The notes below the pieces were generated by a model. The model worked only from the letters and a program-made list of their open reading frames with translations. It searched no databases and was not told the DNA's origin. A stretch of DNA of 64,000 bases from Armatimonadota bacterium (GTDB taxonomy: Bacteria; Armatimonadota; UBA5829; DTLH01): contig JAKPFN010000089.1 in assembly GCA_029551395.1 (NCBI GenBank), forward strand, positions 6,045-70,044, in the 5' to 3' direction. The position numbers and the translations under genes were made by a program. Of the stretch, positions 20,309 through 28,966 are shown in pieces; the first letter of the stretch is position 1; each line of letters opens with the position of its first letter.

Positions 20309-21674
20309 GCGCAGCGAACGCGGTAAGCGGTCCGATACGCCCTATATACATTACAAAAATTATTATCAACCTGCCCATAGTGCTGAGCGAGGGAGTTATA
20401 CCTGTTGTCAGCCCTACAGTGCCCCATGCTGAAATCGTTTCGAACTGTACATTCATAAAACTGGCCCGTCCGTTGGCATCAGCTACATCCACTTCTGTAA
20501 ATGTAAGTATAGTAGTTGCCGCAAGCACAAGAATCGCAGCCAGAATGGTGATTGTCAGCGCCCGGTAGACCTCTTCAGGCGGAATCCGTCTTCCAAATGC
20601 CTCCGTGTCGGTCTTACCTTTGGCAGCGCTGTATACTGCCAGCAGCATCAGCACGAAAGTCGTTGTTTTTATGCCTCCGCCGGTACCTCCAGGAGATGCT
20701 CCGATGAACATCAATATTCCCATTATAAACAGCGTAGTTGCATGTACCTGGCTGATGTTTATGGTGTTATAACCGGAAGTTCTTGCAGTTACTGACTGGA
20801 AGAACGATGCCAGAAGTTTGCCGCCTATAGGCATATTGCCTATCGTATCAGCATTGGTCCACTCGATTCCAAGTATAAGCACTGTTCCGACGACAAGCAG
20901 TGCGGCGGTAGTATACACTACGAGCTTTGCATGGGTCGTCAACCGGCGTTTTTTCTTCCTCTGTAACAATTCTTCGACTACCGGATAGCCCATACCTCCG
21001 ATGATAATTAACCCGGCGATAGTCAGGCTCACAACAGGGTCTTGGGCATAGTGAGTGATTCCTGAGAACTTGCCGTATATTACACCCATCAAATCGAATC
21101 CGGCGTTGCAGAATGCTGAAACAGCGTGGAAAATGCCGTAATAGATAGCCCGGACACCGTTTATGTTCGGGTCAAAGGCGAACCGAGTAATCAGTATCAG
21201 CGCGCCTATGGCTTCGATCATCAAAGCATAGATTGCAGTATTGCGGGTGAGCCGAATCATCCCTGACAGCCGATATTGCCCGTGTAATTCCTGCAGTTGT
21301 ATCCGCTGAGTGACTCCCAACTCTCTACCGAGAAGGATAGCCGCTGCTGTCGCTATAGTCATGTAACCCAATCCGCCCATCTGGATGAGCAGAAGTATTA
21401 CCATCTCTCCGAACATAGTAAATGCTGTCGATGTATCCACTACCACAAGCCCGGTCACGCATACGGCGCTTGTAGCTGTAAACAGGGCATCCAGCGGATG
21501 GACTCCACCGTCTACCCAGGCAATCGGCAGTGACAAAAGCAGCGTGCCGACGGCTATCAATATAGCAAAACTGAGCGCTATAATTGACGCCGGTCTAAGG
21601 GCCGATTTAGGTTTTCTATTGATGCTATCAAGTCTCACAGGTGGTATTTTACCAGAGTAACACAGTTGAGGCAA
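20247..21674 (-). CDS. trkH: TrkH/KtrB family potassium transporter
   Basis: 475 aa, about 10 TM segments, with repeated selectivity-filter-like 'GLGYMTIATA', 'NAGFDLMG', 'GGMGYPVV' and 'SGYNT' motifs characteristic of the TrkH/KtrB superfamily. Confidence 0.85.
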   Translation of the reverse strand: MPQLCYSGKIPPVRLDSINRKPKSALRPASIIALSFAILIAVGTLLLSLPIAWVDGGVHPLDALFTATSAVCVTGLVVVDTSTAFTMFGEMVILLLIQMGGLGYMTIATAAAILLGRELGVTQRIQLQELHGQYRLSGMIRLTRNTAIYALMIEAIGALILITRFAFDPNINGVRAIYYGIFHAVSAFCNAGFDLMGVIYGKFSGITHYAQDPVVSLTIAGLIIIGGMGYPVVEELLQRKKKRRLTTHAKLVVYTTAALLVVGTVLILGIEWTNADTIGNMPIGGKLLASFFQSVTARTSGYNTINISQVHATTLFIMGILMFIGASPGGTGGGIKTTTFVLMLLAVYSAAKGKTDTEAFGRRIPPEEVYRALTITILAAILVLAATTILTFTEVDVADANGRASFMNVQFETISAWGTVGLTTGITPSLSTMGRLIIIFVMYIGRIGPLTAFAALALREKPVRRRLAEEHVVIG

Positions 21675-22119
21675 ACGTTTTAATTAATGGAAGTGACGAG
21701 TTGCGAGTGATGAGTGATGAGGAGGGAAGTATCCCTGCAACAATTGCTGAATTTAATGGTTTTGGTAAAAACGAAATGGGCAGGAATTGAGCGTGATCTG
21801 AGCTTGGGATGGTGGCTTGTGAGCGTGGATTTCATTTCGTTTTGCATGTTTTTTATTGCACACCTTTCTTTTTGGCTCTTATTGTCTTCTGGGAGTCTGT
21901 TCCGGCCTGTTTTTATAGCCGTTTTCTGGAACGAACTCCCCAATTTGAGCACAAAAATGGCTGTTTGAGTTTGTTCCGACGTTTTTTTATTTATCGATTT
22001 TAGCCTGCGTTTCTGGATGTTTCAGAATTTACTGTTCATAATTATAATACAACAACTCGGCCAAAAAGTACAGAAAAAGTGGGGATATTTCTGGGATATT
22101 TATGGGAACGGATGTTTGC

Positions 22120-22250
22120 AAGAGGGTATGAGGTATGAGTGGGCTGTTACGTAGAGATTCTGCGTAATGCTGTTAGCTTGAGATATGGTAGTTGTTCGGG
22201 TTAGATTAATGCAGATTGAGGAATGCGGAATGAATATGAGGGATTGGGGA
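22120..22250 (-). repeat. Copy (reverse orientation) of the dispersed 'CTCATACCTCATACCC / ATTCCGCATTCC' intergenic repeat family
   Basis: The reverse complement of 'GGGTATGAGGTATGAGTGGGCTGTTACG' matches 'ACAGCCACTCATACCTCATACCC' at ~60571, and 'GAATGCGGAATG' matches the ATTCCGCATTC arm. Confidence 0.55.
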
Positions 22251-22300
22251 TAAGTATCCCTGAGATACCCGCCCCGGATGAATATCCGGGGCGATCAGAT
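22247..22300. repeat. Isolated copy of the palindromic 'GGATATCC..GAGATRC..CGCCCCGGATGAATATCCGGGGCGATC' repeat
   Basis: Same ~48-nt unit as the tandem array at 22926..23400. Contains an 8-bp GC-rich hairpin 'CCCCGGAT-GAAT-ATCCGGGG'. Confidence 0.7.
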
Positions 22301-22413
22301 GAAGGGATTCAACGATCTTGAAGGGAATAAATATCCGATGGTACCAATTAATGAAGCAGTAATTGATCAGACAAACTATCGGTTCTGGTCAGGATTCTTC
22401 GATCTGGTAGACA

Positions 22414-22917
22414 TTGAGAGTTGGATTCTGGGGAACATTTTCCGAAACGACGAGGCGCTATATGTTAACTCATAAGGACATTTTGCAGGCTGAGCAAATC
22501 CGCAATAGTCAAGTAAAGCGTATATATGAATCATCCGAGTTATGGTACAGTAACAAACAAAACCAGGAGGCATTGGATGAGTGGAGAAAAGCCTGCAACG
22601 ATTATCATAATACGACATTAGCGATCGATTACCTGTGGTCCGATGAGACTCGAATGAAGATCAAAAGCGGTGACAGAGAAACTATCGATGATGTTTTGCT
22701 GTTTCTTGAAGTCGATCCCTGGTTCTTTCGGTCGGGATATCTGAAAGAATGGCTGATCGATAACCTGATGCATGCACCGCTTACCGAAGAGGATAAAGTC
22801 AGGATACGACAGATTATCATCGCCGTTGCAGGTGGCCGGAACAGAAGGGAGTTCAGGCGGTTTTGTAAGCTGGCAACAAGAGTGACATCCTCCGAATTCG
22901 AAGCCACCATTGCGTAG
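22414..22917 (+). CDS. Hypothetical protein (the true start is probably the internal Met 'MLTHKD' near 22462), preceded by a small overlapping ORF (22299..22475)
   Basis: Only an ORF. No recognisable motifs. Flanked on both sides by copies of the palindromic repeat. Confidence 0.3.
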   Translation: MRVGFWGTFSETTRRYMLTHKDILQAEQIRNSQVKRIYESSELWYSNKQNQEALDEWRKACNDYHNTTLAIDYLWSDETRMKIKSGDRETIDDVLLFLEVDPWFFRSGYLKEWLIDNLMHAPLTEEDKVRIRQIIIAVAGGRNRREFRRFCKLATRVTSSEFEATIA

Positions 22918-22925
22918 TTGGCGGA

Positions 22926-23400
22926 GAAGCAAGACCCAGGCGGAAAGTTTTCATATCTGCTTCGATACCTGAAGGAGCATCCAACTCATTAAAGAGATTA
23001 GGATGGATATCCCTGAGATGTGCGCCCCGGATGAATATCCGGGCCGATCGGAGACAATTTTGTTGAATTACATTGCTTTCCACACGGGGACGGGTTGGAG
23101 GTTGGAGATTGGAGATGGATATCTCCGAGATGCCCGCCCCGGATGGATATCCGGGCCGATCGGGAAGCAAGACCCAGGCGGAAAGTTTTCATATCTGCTT
23201 CGATACCTGAAGGAGCATCCAACTCATTAAAGAGATTAGGATGGATATCCCTGAGATGTGCGCCCCGGATGGATATCCGGGCCGATCGGATTACATCGCT
23301 TTCCGCACGGAGAGGGGTTGGAGGTTGGGGATAGATATCCCCGAGATGCCCGCCCCGGATGGATATCCGGGCCGATCGGAAACCATTAGACACTGAAGCG
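22926..23400. repeat. Tandem array: a ~240-bp unit duplicated twice, with four copies of a ~48-nt palindromic repeat
   Basis: 'GAAGCAAGACCCAGGCGGAAAGTTTTCATATCTGCTTCGATACCTGAAGGAGCATCCAACTCATTAAAGAGATTAGGATGGATATCCCTGAGATGTGCGCCCCGGATG' occurs at 22926 and again at 23166. The core repeat '...GGATATCCNNGAGATGYSCGCCCCGGATGGATATCCGGGCCGATCGG' is present at ~23003, 23113, 23243 and 23340. Confidence 0.85.
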
Positions 23401-23710
23401 AAATTGCATCACACAGATGCGGTTAAACACGTTTCAACAAAGATGCCTGTGCAAATGATGTAACCAGTGTGACAACAGGCTCGTCATATTAACTGAAAGC
23501 ATCTGAATCGGGCCTGAAAGAGATGCTCATTGTGCGGGAAACCTTGATGCCGGTCCATAACTCGCAGACTCAACAGCGTCCGGTCTGCACACGATGATGG
23601 AACGTAATCACTGAATATAAACGGCCTGTTAATGGAACACTTGGCTGGCAGGCACGTCTTAGTAACCTAGAAGGGAATTACTGGCAGCCCGTGCAAAGGA
23701 GGCATCTGAA

Positions 23711-24712
23711 ATGAAACGAAGATCGACAATACTGATCGCAGCCGCCGCAGTGCTCACAATGGCAGTAATGCCGGCGAGTGCGGCATCTCTTGCAACAAAA
23801 GCTCTGAAAGGAGCGGCCATTGGTTATGCGGTCAACCAGTCGGCGGGCACGCTAAACAAGTTCATCAATACAATAACCTTGAATAACGGCGTATCTCACA
23901 AAATGGATACAAAAGTTGTTCCGATCCTGTCTGTTGGCGATAAAGGCTATGTGGGCGGCGCTCAGGTAGCGGGACCAGCCAGCCTGGTCAAGGAAGTCAA
24001 GGCCGTTTTTCAGTATGAACAGAACATCGATCGCGGGCGCTATCGGATCAAAGTGCTCGTACCAAGTTCCAGTATAAATCCACTGCAACTAAAGCGGGTA
24101 GAGAAGGTTGGTGTTACAGCCATAATCGATGTCTCGCTGGCAGGTGGGCTTAAGAAAGAGTATTACAGCGCGAAAGTGGGCGCTGGCGATGCGATTCGAG
24201 CCGGGGCGATAGCCGTCGGTGTAAAAGCAGCCGCAGGACCTATCAACAGTGCCATCAACGCTGTTACGATCAACAAAGGAGTATCCACGGCTGTTGTTCC
24301 GATGGCGAGTGTCGGCGAGAAGGCATATGTCGGCGGAGTCCAGATTTCAGGCTCTGCAAATACCGTCAAGAGTGTTCAGGTGGCATGGATATATGAAGAC
24401 CTGTTCTCCAGCGGTAAGTTCAGAGTGAAGGTAATCGTTCCTTCAAACTCTATAAACCCGCTCAAGATCAAGAGAGTCGATGGAGTTGGTATAACGGCGA
24501 TCATCGATACAAGCATCGCTGATCAGCAGGAATACAATTACGACAAAAAACGCGCCAGCAATACCTATAAACCAAAGGACAATCGTTACTATAACGACAA
24601 AGACCGTCACGACAACGGCAAGCATAAAGGCTGGTATATAGGCGAGCATAAGGGCTGGGACAAGCAGAAAGACAAAGATAAAGACAAGAACAAGAACAAG
24701 AAAAAGAAGTAA
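23711..24712 (+). CDS. Secreted protein with an internal ~150-aa tandem domain duplication and a Lys/Asp-rich low-complexity C-terminal tail
   Basis: Signal peptide 'ILIAAAAVLTMAVMPASAAS'. The two halves align ('GVSHKMDTKVVPILSVGDKGYVGGAQVAG...YRIKVLVPSSSINPLQLKRVEKVGVTAIIDVS' and 'GVSTAVVPMASVGEKAYVGGVQISG...FRVKVIVPSNSINPLKIKRVDGVGITAIIDTS'). Tail 'KDKDKDKNKNKKKK'. Confidence 0.55.
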   Translation: MKRRSTILIAAAAVLTMAVMPASAASLATKALKGAAIGYAVNQSAGTLNKFINTITLNNGVSHKMDTKVVPILSVGDKGYVGGAQVAGPASLVKEVKAVFQYEQNIDRGRYRIKVLVPSSSINPLQLKRVEKVGVTAIIDVSLAGGLKKEYYSAKVGAGDAIRAGAIAVGVKAAAGPINSAINAVTINKGVSTAVVPMASVGEKAYVGGVQISGSANTVKSVQVAWIYEDLFSSGKFRVKVIVPSNSINPLKIKRVDGVGITAIIDTSIADQQEYNYDKKRASNTYKPKDNRYYNDKDRHDNGKHKGWYIGEHKGWDKQKDKDKDKNKNKKKK

Positions 24713-24840
24713 CGGCAGAATGATCGGCTGCCTGCTCTATATAAGCGAAGACCGATGCTGATTGAATCACGCTGGAATGCCTCCGGCAGTTTACATACAG
24801 CTTCTCAAGGAAGAAGACTAGATAATCTAGTTGTCCACGG

Positions 24841-25242
24841 ATGGACATTAGAAAGGTAACTACTCGAATGAAAACTAAAAGAGCCGGTATTTTGATTATA
24901 CTTGGGCTTTTCGTGACTACTCTATTTGCTCCGATGGCTGCATTTGCCAGCAGCGAGGGCCGACGCAACACTGCTATTGCAGTCACCGCTGCTACTCTTT
25001 ACAGCCTCATAAAGGGCAAAGATACCCAGGGACTGGCGCTTGGCGCAGGCTCCTACTATGCGTGGAAAAGATACAATGATGCACGCCAGCAAGAGGCAAA
25101 GAAACAGTCCTATAAATATGGGTACAGACGAGATTCAAAAAACAACTATAAGCGGGATTATAAAGCCGGCAAGTACTCCAAGAAGTATTCTCCAAAGCAT
25201 TCCGGCAAGCACAGTAACTATCGCAGTTACTCGAAACGCTAA
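24841..25242 (+). CDS. Small secreted protein with a Gly-zipper-like segment and a Lys/Tyr/Arg-rich basic tail
   Basis: Probable start at 'MKTKRAGILIILGLFVTTLFAPMAAFA' (signal peptide). 'GLALGAGSYYAWKRY'. Tail 'YKYGYRRDSKNNYKRDYKAGKYSKKYSPKHSGKHSNYRSYSKR'. Confidence 0.45.
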   Translation: MDIRKVTTRMKTKRAGILIILGLFVTTLFAPMAAFASSEGRRNTAIAVTAATLYSLIKGKDTQGLALGAGSYYAWKRYNDARQQEAKKQSYKYGYRRDSKNNYKRDYKAGKYSKKYSPKHSGKHSNYRSYSKR

Positions 25243-25330
25243 TATAGACTAATTAAAACGGGGCGGTGAGAACTCTCACTGCCCCTTTATTATGTACGAA
25301 ATTAAGCAGAATCTCTCTACTTTCGTCGTG

Positions 25331-25795
25331 CTAGAGCGTTCCAGGCCGAGATACTTCGCCTAGAATAAAGAAAACCACGCCTATGATCAGCCAGAAAAGT
25401 ACCGAGATGATAACAATTTCAGCAGTGTAGGTATAAGACTGATCGTAATTGATGTCGCAGAAATAGTCGAGCGTAAACGTAACCACCAGCCAGAAAGCAA
25501 CTATGCCTCCAACCAACCCTATTATGCCGCTAATTATCCACATCGGAACTTGAAAAGCAAGGGATCCGACTACGGCTATAACTCCGGTGGCGTAGAGAGT
25601 CTTCTTGTTATCTGGCTTAGGGTCTACGAGCAGCTTCATTGAGATAAATGCTACCGGGGCTGCGATAATGATCTTCAGCAAAATACCCATCGACAGCCCT
25701 TCAAATATTGCTCCTAATATATTCCCCGGACTTAAAAGCATGATCATTCCCTCATGCCAGGATACTTCGTCAAGGACTACACAATTTTCCTGCAA
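25331..25795 (-). CDS. Hypothetical integral membrane protein (~4 TM)
   Basis: 154 aa, hydrophobic helices ('IIAAPVAFISMKLLV', 'VIAVVGSLAFQVPMWIISGIIGLVGGIVAFWLVV', 'IVIISVLFWLIIGVVFFILG'). Confidence 0.45.
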   Translation of the reverse strand: MQENCVVLDEVSWHEGMIMLLSPGNILGAIFEGLSMGILLKIIIAAPVAFISMKLLVDPKPDNKKTLYATGVIAVVGSLAFQVPMWIISGIIGLVGGIVAFWLVVTFTLDYFCDINYDQSYTYTAEIVIISVLFWLIIGVVFFILGEVSRPGTL

Positions 25796-26002
25796 GAAAT
25801 GATTGGCGGTTTATATAAAACACCATGTAGACAAATATATAGAAGGCTTAGGCTGAGAATAAGCAGTGTTTTATCTCGTCATTCATCACTCGCAACTCTC
25901 CATCAATTTGACTCAGCATCTTTCAGGGAGTATAATCCAATCAGTACAGGGAGTTATTCTCAGGATTATTGACTTGTTCAGCCGCCATACCCTCGGCGGC
26001 TG

Positions 26003-27430
26003 TTGGTTTTAATAGCCTTCGGATGTAGAAAGTGCAGCTCTGTGATGTTACGTAAGAAATGGATTTGGATCGCCGCTATCGGACTTGTAACAGCGGCGGC
26101 TGCCTATGCTCAAGGTGAACATGCTGAACATGCTTCAGCAGAGACTATGGTCCTTCCGGTTCTTACTGCACTTGCCGTTATTCTGGTAGCAGCTAAACTT
26201 GGGGCCGATATCTTCGCCCGGATAGGCCAGCCTCCTGTGCTGGGAGAATTGGTAGTTGGAGTCGTTCTCGGCAACCTGACCTTGGTTGGGTTAAATAACT
26301 TCAACTACATCGTAGAGAACCAGATTATCGAAATATTGGCTGAGATAGGTGTAATCCTGCTGCTTTTCCAGGTTGGGCTTGAGTCCAAGGTCGATGAGAT
26401 GCTTTCAGTAGGGCTTTCTTCTCTGTTGGTGGCGACGATTGGGGTAGTTGCACCGTTCACTCTCGGCTGGGGCATAGCACTGATTTTTCTGCCGGATGCT
26501 TCTATCTATGTTCACATGTTTATCGGTGCAACGCTGTGCGCTACCAGTGTCGGGATTACCGCGCGGGTGTTCAAAGACCTTGGCAAGGTTCATCTGAAGG
26601 AAGCGAAGATAGTCCTTGGCGCTGCAGTAATAGACGATGTCCAGGGGTTGATCATCCTGGCAGTGGTCAGCGGGATCATAGTTGCAGCGAACTCAGGATT
26701 GGAGTTGTCAGCACTTGGGATTTCTATGATACTGATCAAGGCTGTTGTATTCCTTGTAGGCAGTATTATTCTTGGACAGTTCCTGGCACCTCGCGTGTTT
26801 GGTATAGCCTCCGCACTCAGGGCTAGAGGAATTCTGCTGGCTGTTTCGCTGGCATTCTGCTTCCTTATGTCATGGATTGCTGGCCGGATAGAGCTTGCCC
26901 CGATTGTCGGCGCGTTTACTGCTGGCCTCTTGCTTGAAGAGGTCCATTACAAAGATTTGTTGAGACAAGGTGAGGCTAAGCTCAACGATCTTATAGAGCC
27001 GATTGCCGCGTTTCTTGTTCCAGTGTTCTTTGTCCACATGGGGATGAAAGTCCATCTTACAAGCTTTGCAAACGTTAAAGTGCTTGGATTTGCGGCTGCA
27101 CTGACTGCTGTAGCCATCATAGGCAAGCAGTTCTGCAGCTTTGGCGTCATCGGTCGGGGAATAGACAGGCTGACAGTAGGGCTGGGGATGATACCCAGAG
27201 GAGAAGTGGGCCTTATATTTGCTGGTATTGGCACGACTATGGTTATAAATAAGCTACCGGTAGTCTCTCCTGATACTTATTCTGCGATTGTCGTTATGGT
27301 TATCGTCACTACGCTCATCACACCGCCGCTTCTTCGCTGGTCACTGGGAAGAATCAGTGATGAAGGGCATCATGAGGTGTCCAAGCTGCGGAAAATCCGC
27401 ACAGAACGCCCTCGCAAGGTCATTTACTGA
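26003..27430 (+). CDS. Cation:proton antiporter (CPA2 / Na+-H+ exchanger family)
   Basis: Multi-TM protein with the Na_H_exchanger-type motif 'GQPPVLGELVVGVVLG' and a conserved 'RGEVGLIFAGIG' region. The likely start is the internal Met 'MLRKKWIWIAAIGL' (~26045). Confidence 0.75.
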   Translation: MVLIAFGCRKCSSVMLRKKWIWIAAIGLVTAAAAYAQGEHAEHASAETMVLPVLTALAVILVAAKLGADIFARIGQPPVLGELVVGVVLGNLTLVGLNNFNYIVENQIIEILAEIGVILLLFQVGLESKVDEMLSVGLSSLLVATIGVVAPFTLGWGIALIFLPDASIYVHMFIGATLCATSVGITARVFKDLGKVHLKEAKIVLGAAVIDDVQGLIILAVVSGIIVAANSGLELSALGISMILIKAVVFLVGSIILGQFLAPRVFGIASALRARGILLAVSLAFCFLMSWIAGRIELAPIVGAFTAGLLLEEVHYKDLLRQGEAKLNDLIEPIAAFLVPVFFVHMGMKVHLTSFANVKVLGFAAALTAVAIIGKQFCSFGVIGRGIDRLTVGLGMIPRGEVGLIFAGIGTTMVINKLPVVSPDTYSAIVVMVIVTTLITPPLLRWSLGRISDEGHHEVSKLRKIRTERPRKVIY

Positions 27431-27432
27431 CC

Positions 27433-28455
27433 TTAAAATACTTTGTTCCCGCAGAGTGATTTTACCTGCTGCATTACGGTTGCAAAAGTATCAAGTGTAA
27501 GCGCCTGCGGGCCGTCGCAAAGCGCCTTTGAAGGTTCCGGATGCACTTCCACCAATAGTCCGTCTGCTCCAGCCGCTGCTGCAGCACAGCAGAGCGACGG
27601 CACATAAGCCCTGTTTCCTGCTGCATGGCTTGGGTCGACCAATACAGGCAGATGGGAGATCGATTTTACTACCGGAATAGCCAGGATGTCGAGAGTATAC
27701 CGCGTGTAAGCCCGGTCAAGAGGATGAACCCCGCGCTCGCATAGGATAACCTTTGAGTTTCCCTGGCAAAGGATGTATTCCGCTGCCAGAAGCCATTCAT
27801 CTATTGTTGCCCCAGGGCCGCGCTTTAATAGCACAGGGACATCCATCCGTCCGACAGCACTTAAAAGCGAGTAGTTCTGCATATTGCGAGCGCCGATTTG
27901 CAGGATGTCCGCGTATTCTGCGATAAGTTCAGCATCGTGCTGGTCCATTATCTCGGTGACTGTCACCATGCCTGTGGCTTCTCCTGCTTCTTTGAGCAGC
28001 TTGAGTCCTTCTACACCCAATCCCTGGAAGGCGTATGGTGATGTTCTGGGCTTGAACGCGCCGCCTCTCAAGAGCTTCGCGCCGGACTTTTCCACAGATT
28101 CCGCAGTCTGCATCAACTGGTCGCGGTTTTCAATGGCACATGGCCCTGCTGCGACGGTAAAAGTGGGCGCTCCTATCTTCACACCCTTGATTTCCACAAC
28201 GCTATCCACAGGGTTGAATTCTCTGGAGGCAAGTTTATAAGCACGGCTGACCTGAGTGACGTGACCGACTCCGGCAAGGCTGTTTAACACTTCCGTAAGA
28301 GTATCCCGTACATCATGAGAGATAGAGCTTGTAATACCGATGGCAACACGCTCGCCTCCGGGGAGTGTCATCGCACGGAGTCCGTATTCAGCAATAGTCT
28401 CTACGACGCGCTCGATATCAGCCTGAGTCGCATCGCTTCGCATAGCAACAATCAT
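27433..28455 (-). CDS. 3-deoxy-7-phosphoheptulonate (DAHP) synthase, class I-beta, with an N-terminal ferredoxin-like regulatory domain
   Basis: N-terminus 'MIVAMRSDATQADIERVVETIAEYGLRAMTLPGGERVAIG' is the FL/ACT-like domain. 'GAFKPRTSPYAFQGLGVEGLKLLKE' and 'PVLVDPSHAAG' are typical of DAHPS/KDO8PS-fold enzymes. 340 aa. Confidence 0.8.
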   Translation of the reverse strand: MIVAMRSDATQADIERVVETIAEYGLRAMTLPGGERVAIGITSSISHDVRDTLTEVLNSLAGVGHVTQVSRAYKLASREFNPVDSVVEIKGVKIGAPTFTVAAGPCAIENRDQLMQTAESVEKSGAKLLRGGAFKPRTSPYAFQGLGVEGLKLLKEAGEATGMVTVTEIMDQHDAELIAEYADILQIGARNMQNYSLLSAVGRMDVPVLLKRGPGATIDEWLLAAEYILCQGNSKVILCERGVHPLDRAYTRYTLDILAIPVVKSISHLPVLVDPSHAAGNRAYVPSLCCAAAAAGADGLLVEVHPEPSKALCDGPQALTLDTFATVMQQVKSLCGNKVF

Positions 28456-28605
28456 CTTTTTTCAGTCCTCTTTCAGGTCGCCGGCAGCAGCCGAAGTTCA
28501 CACCCTTGTTGATAAGCCTGTGGATAACTCAGATTTCTGTTCTCCACAGTGCTTTTCACAGGTTTTTCCACAAAAACCGGCTCAGTTTCCACTATAGTAT
28601 ACAAT

Positions 28606-28966
28606 AAAAGGCCATTAAGTGCGGAACCTTTCAAGTGCGGAATCTTTCAAGTGCGGAATGCGGAATACGGAGTGCGGAATGAAGGGAGAGTTACGAGTGA
28701 TGAGGGATGAGCGGCTGTTAAGTAGCGGCTGGTTCGTAGATTTATCAGCTTGAGCTGTAGTGGTTGTTTGGGATCAAGAGATCCCTCGGTTGCTATTTCG
28801 GAGATGGATTGCAAATCCATCCCCAGTTAGACCCATCCTCATCTGGAGTTACTTGTCCGGGGGGAAATGTAAATTCCCCCGAGCTTGTTTCTCGACTCGT
28901 CACTTATCACTCGCGACTCATCACTTTCCCCTAATTCCGCACTCCGCACTCCACATTCCGCACTTG
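28606..28966. repeat. Composite intergenic element with ~90-bp imperfect terminal inverted repeats and a palindrome-rich centre
   Basis: Left arm: 4x 'AAGTGCGGAAT'-like units plus 'GTTACGAGTGATGAGGGATGAGC'. Right arm is the reverse complement: 'GCTCGTCACTTATCACTCGCGACTCATCAC...ATTCCGCACTCCGCACTCCACATTCCGCAC'. The centre carries 'GATGGATTGCAAATCCATC' and 'GGGGGAAATGTAAATTCCCCC' hairpins. Abuts the stop codon of the 28967..30472 gene. Confidence 0.8.

Noticed and set aside
22853-23393. ORFs 22853..23170 (-) and 22998..23393 (-) encoding internally repetitive 105/131-aa peptides
   Set aside because: They are read-through translations of the tandem DNA repeat (the peptide repeats mirror the nucleotide repeat exactly). 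No RBS. Considered spurious.
22990-23400. Possible CRISPR array (48-nt repeats separated by 45-77-nt 'spacers')
   Set aside because: The inter-repeat segments are themselves duplicated (higher-order 240-bp tandem), the repeats are imperfect, there are no cas genes in the window, and the repeat also occurs singly at 22247. A tandem palindromic repeat array fits better.
28690-28712. 'GTGATGAG' motif reminiscent of the hammerhead ribozyme CUGAUGA core
   Set aside because: The essential C3 is replaced by G in all copies, and no adjacent GAAA / helix III arrangement completes the core. I interpret it as a repeat-family motif, not a ribozyme.
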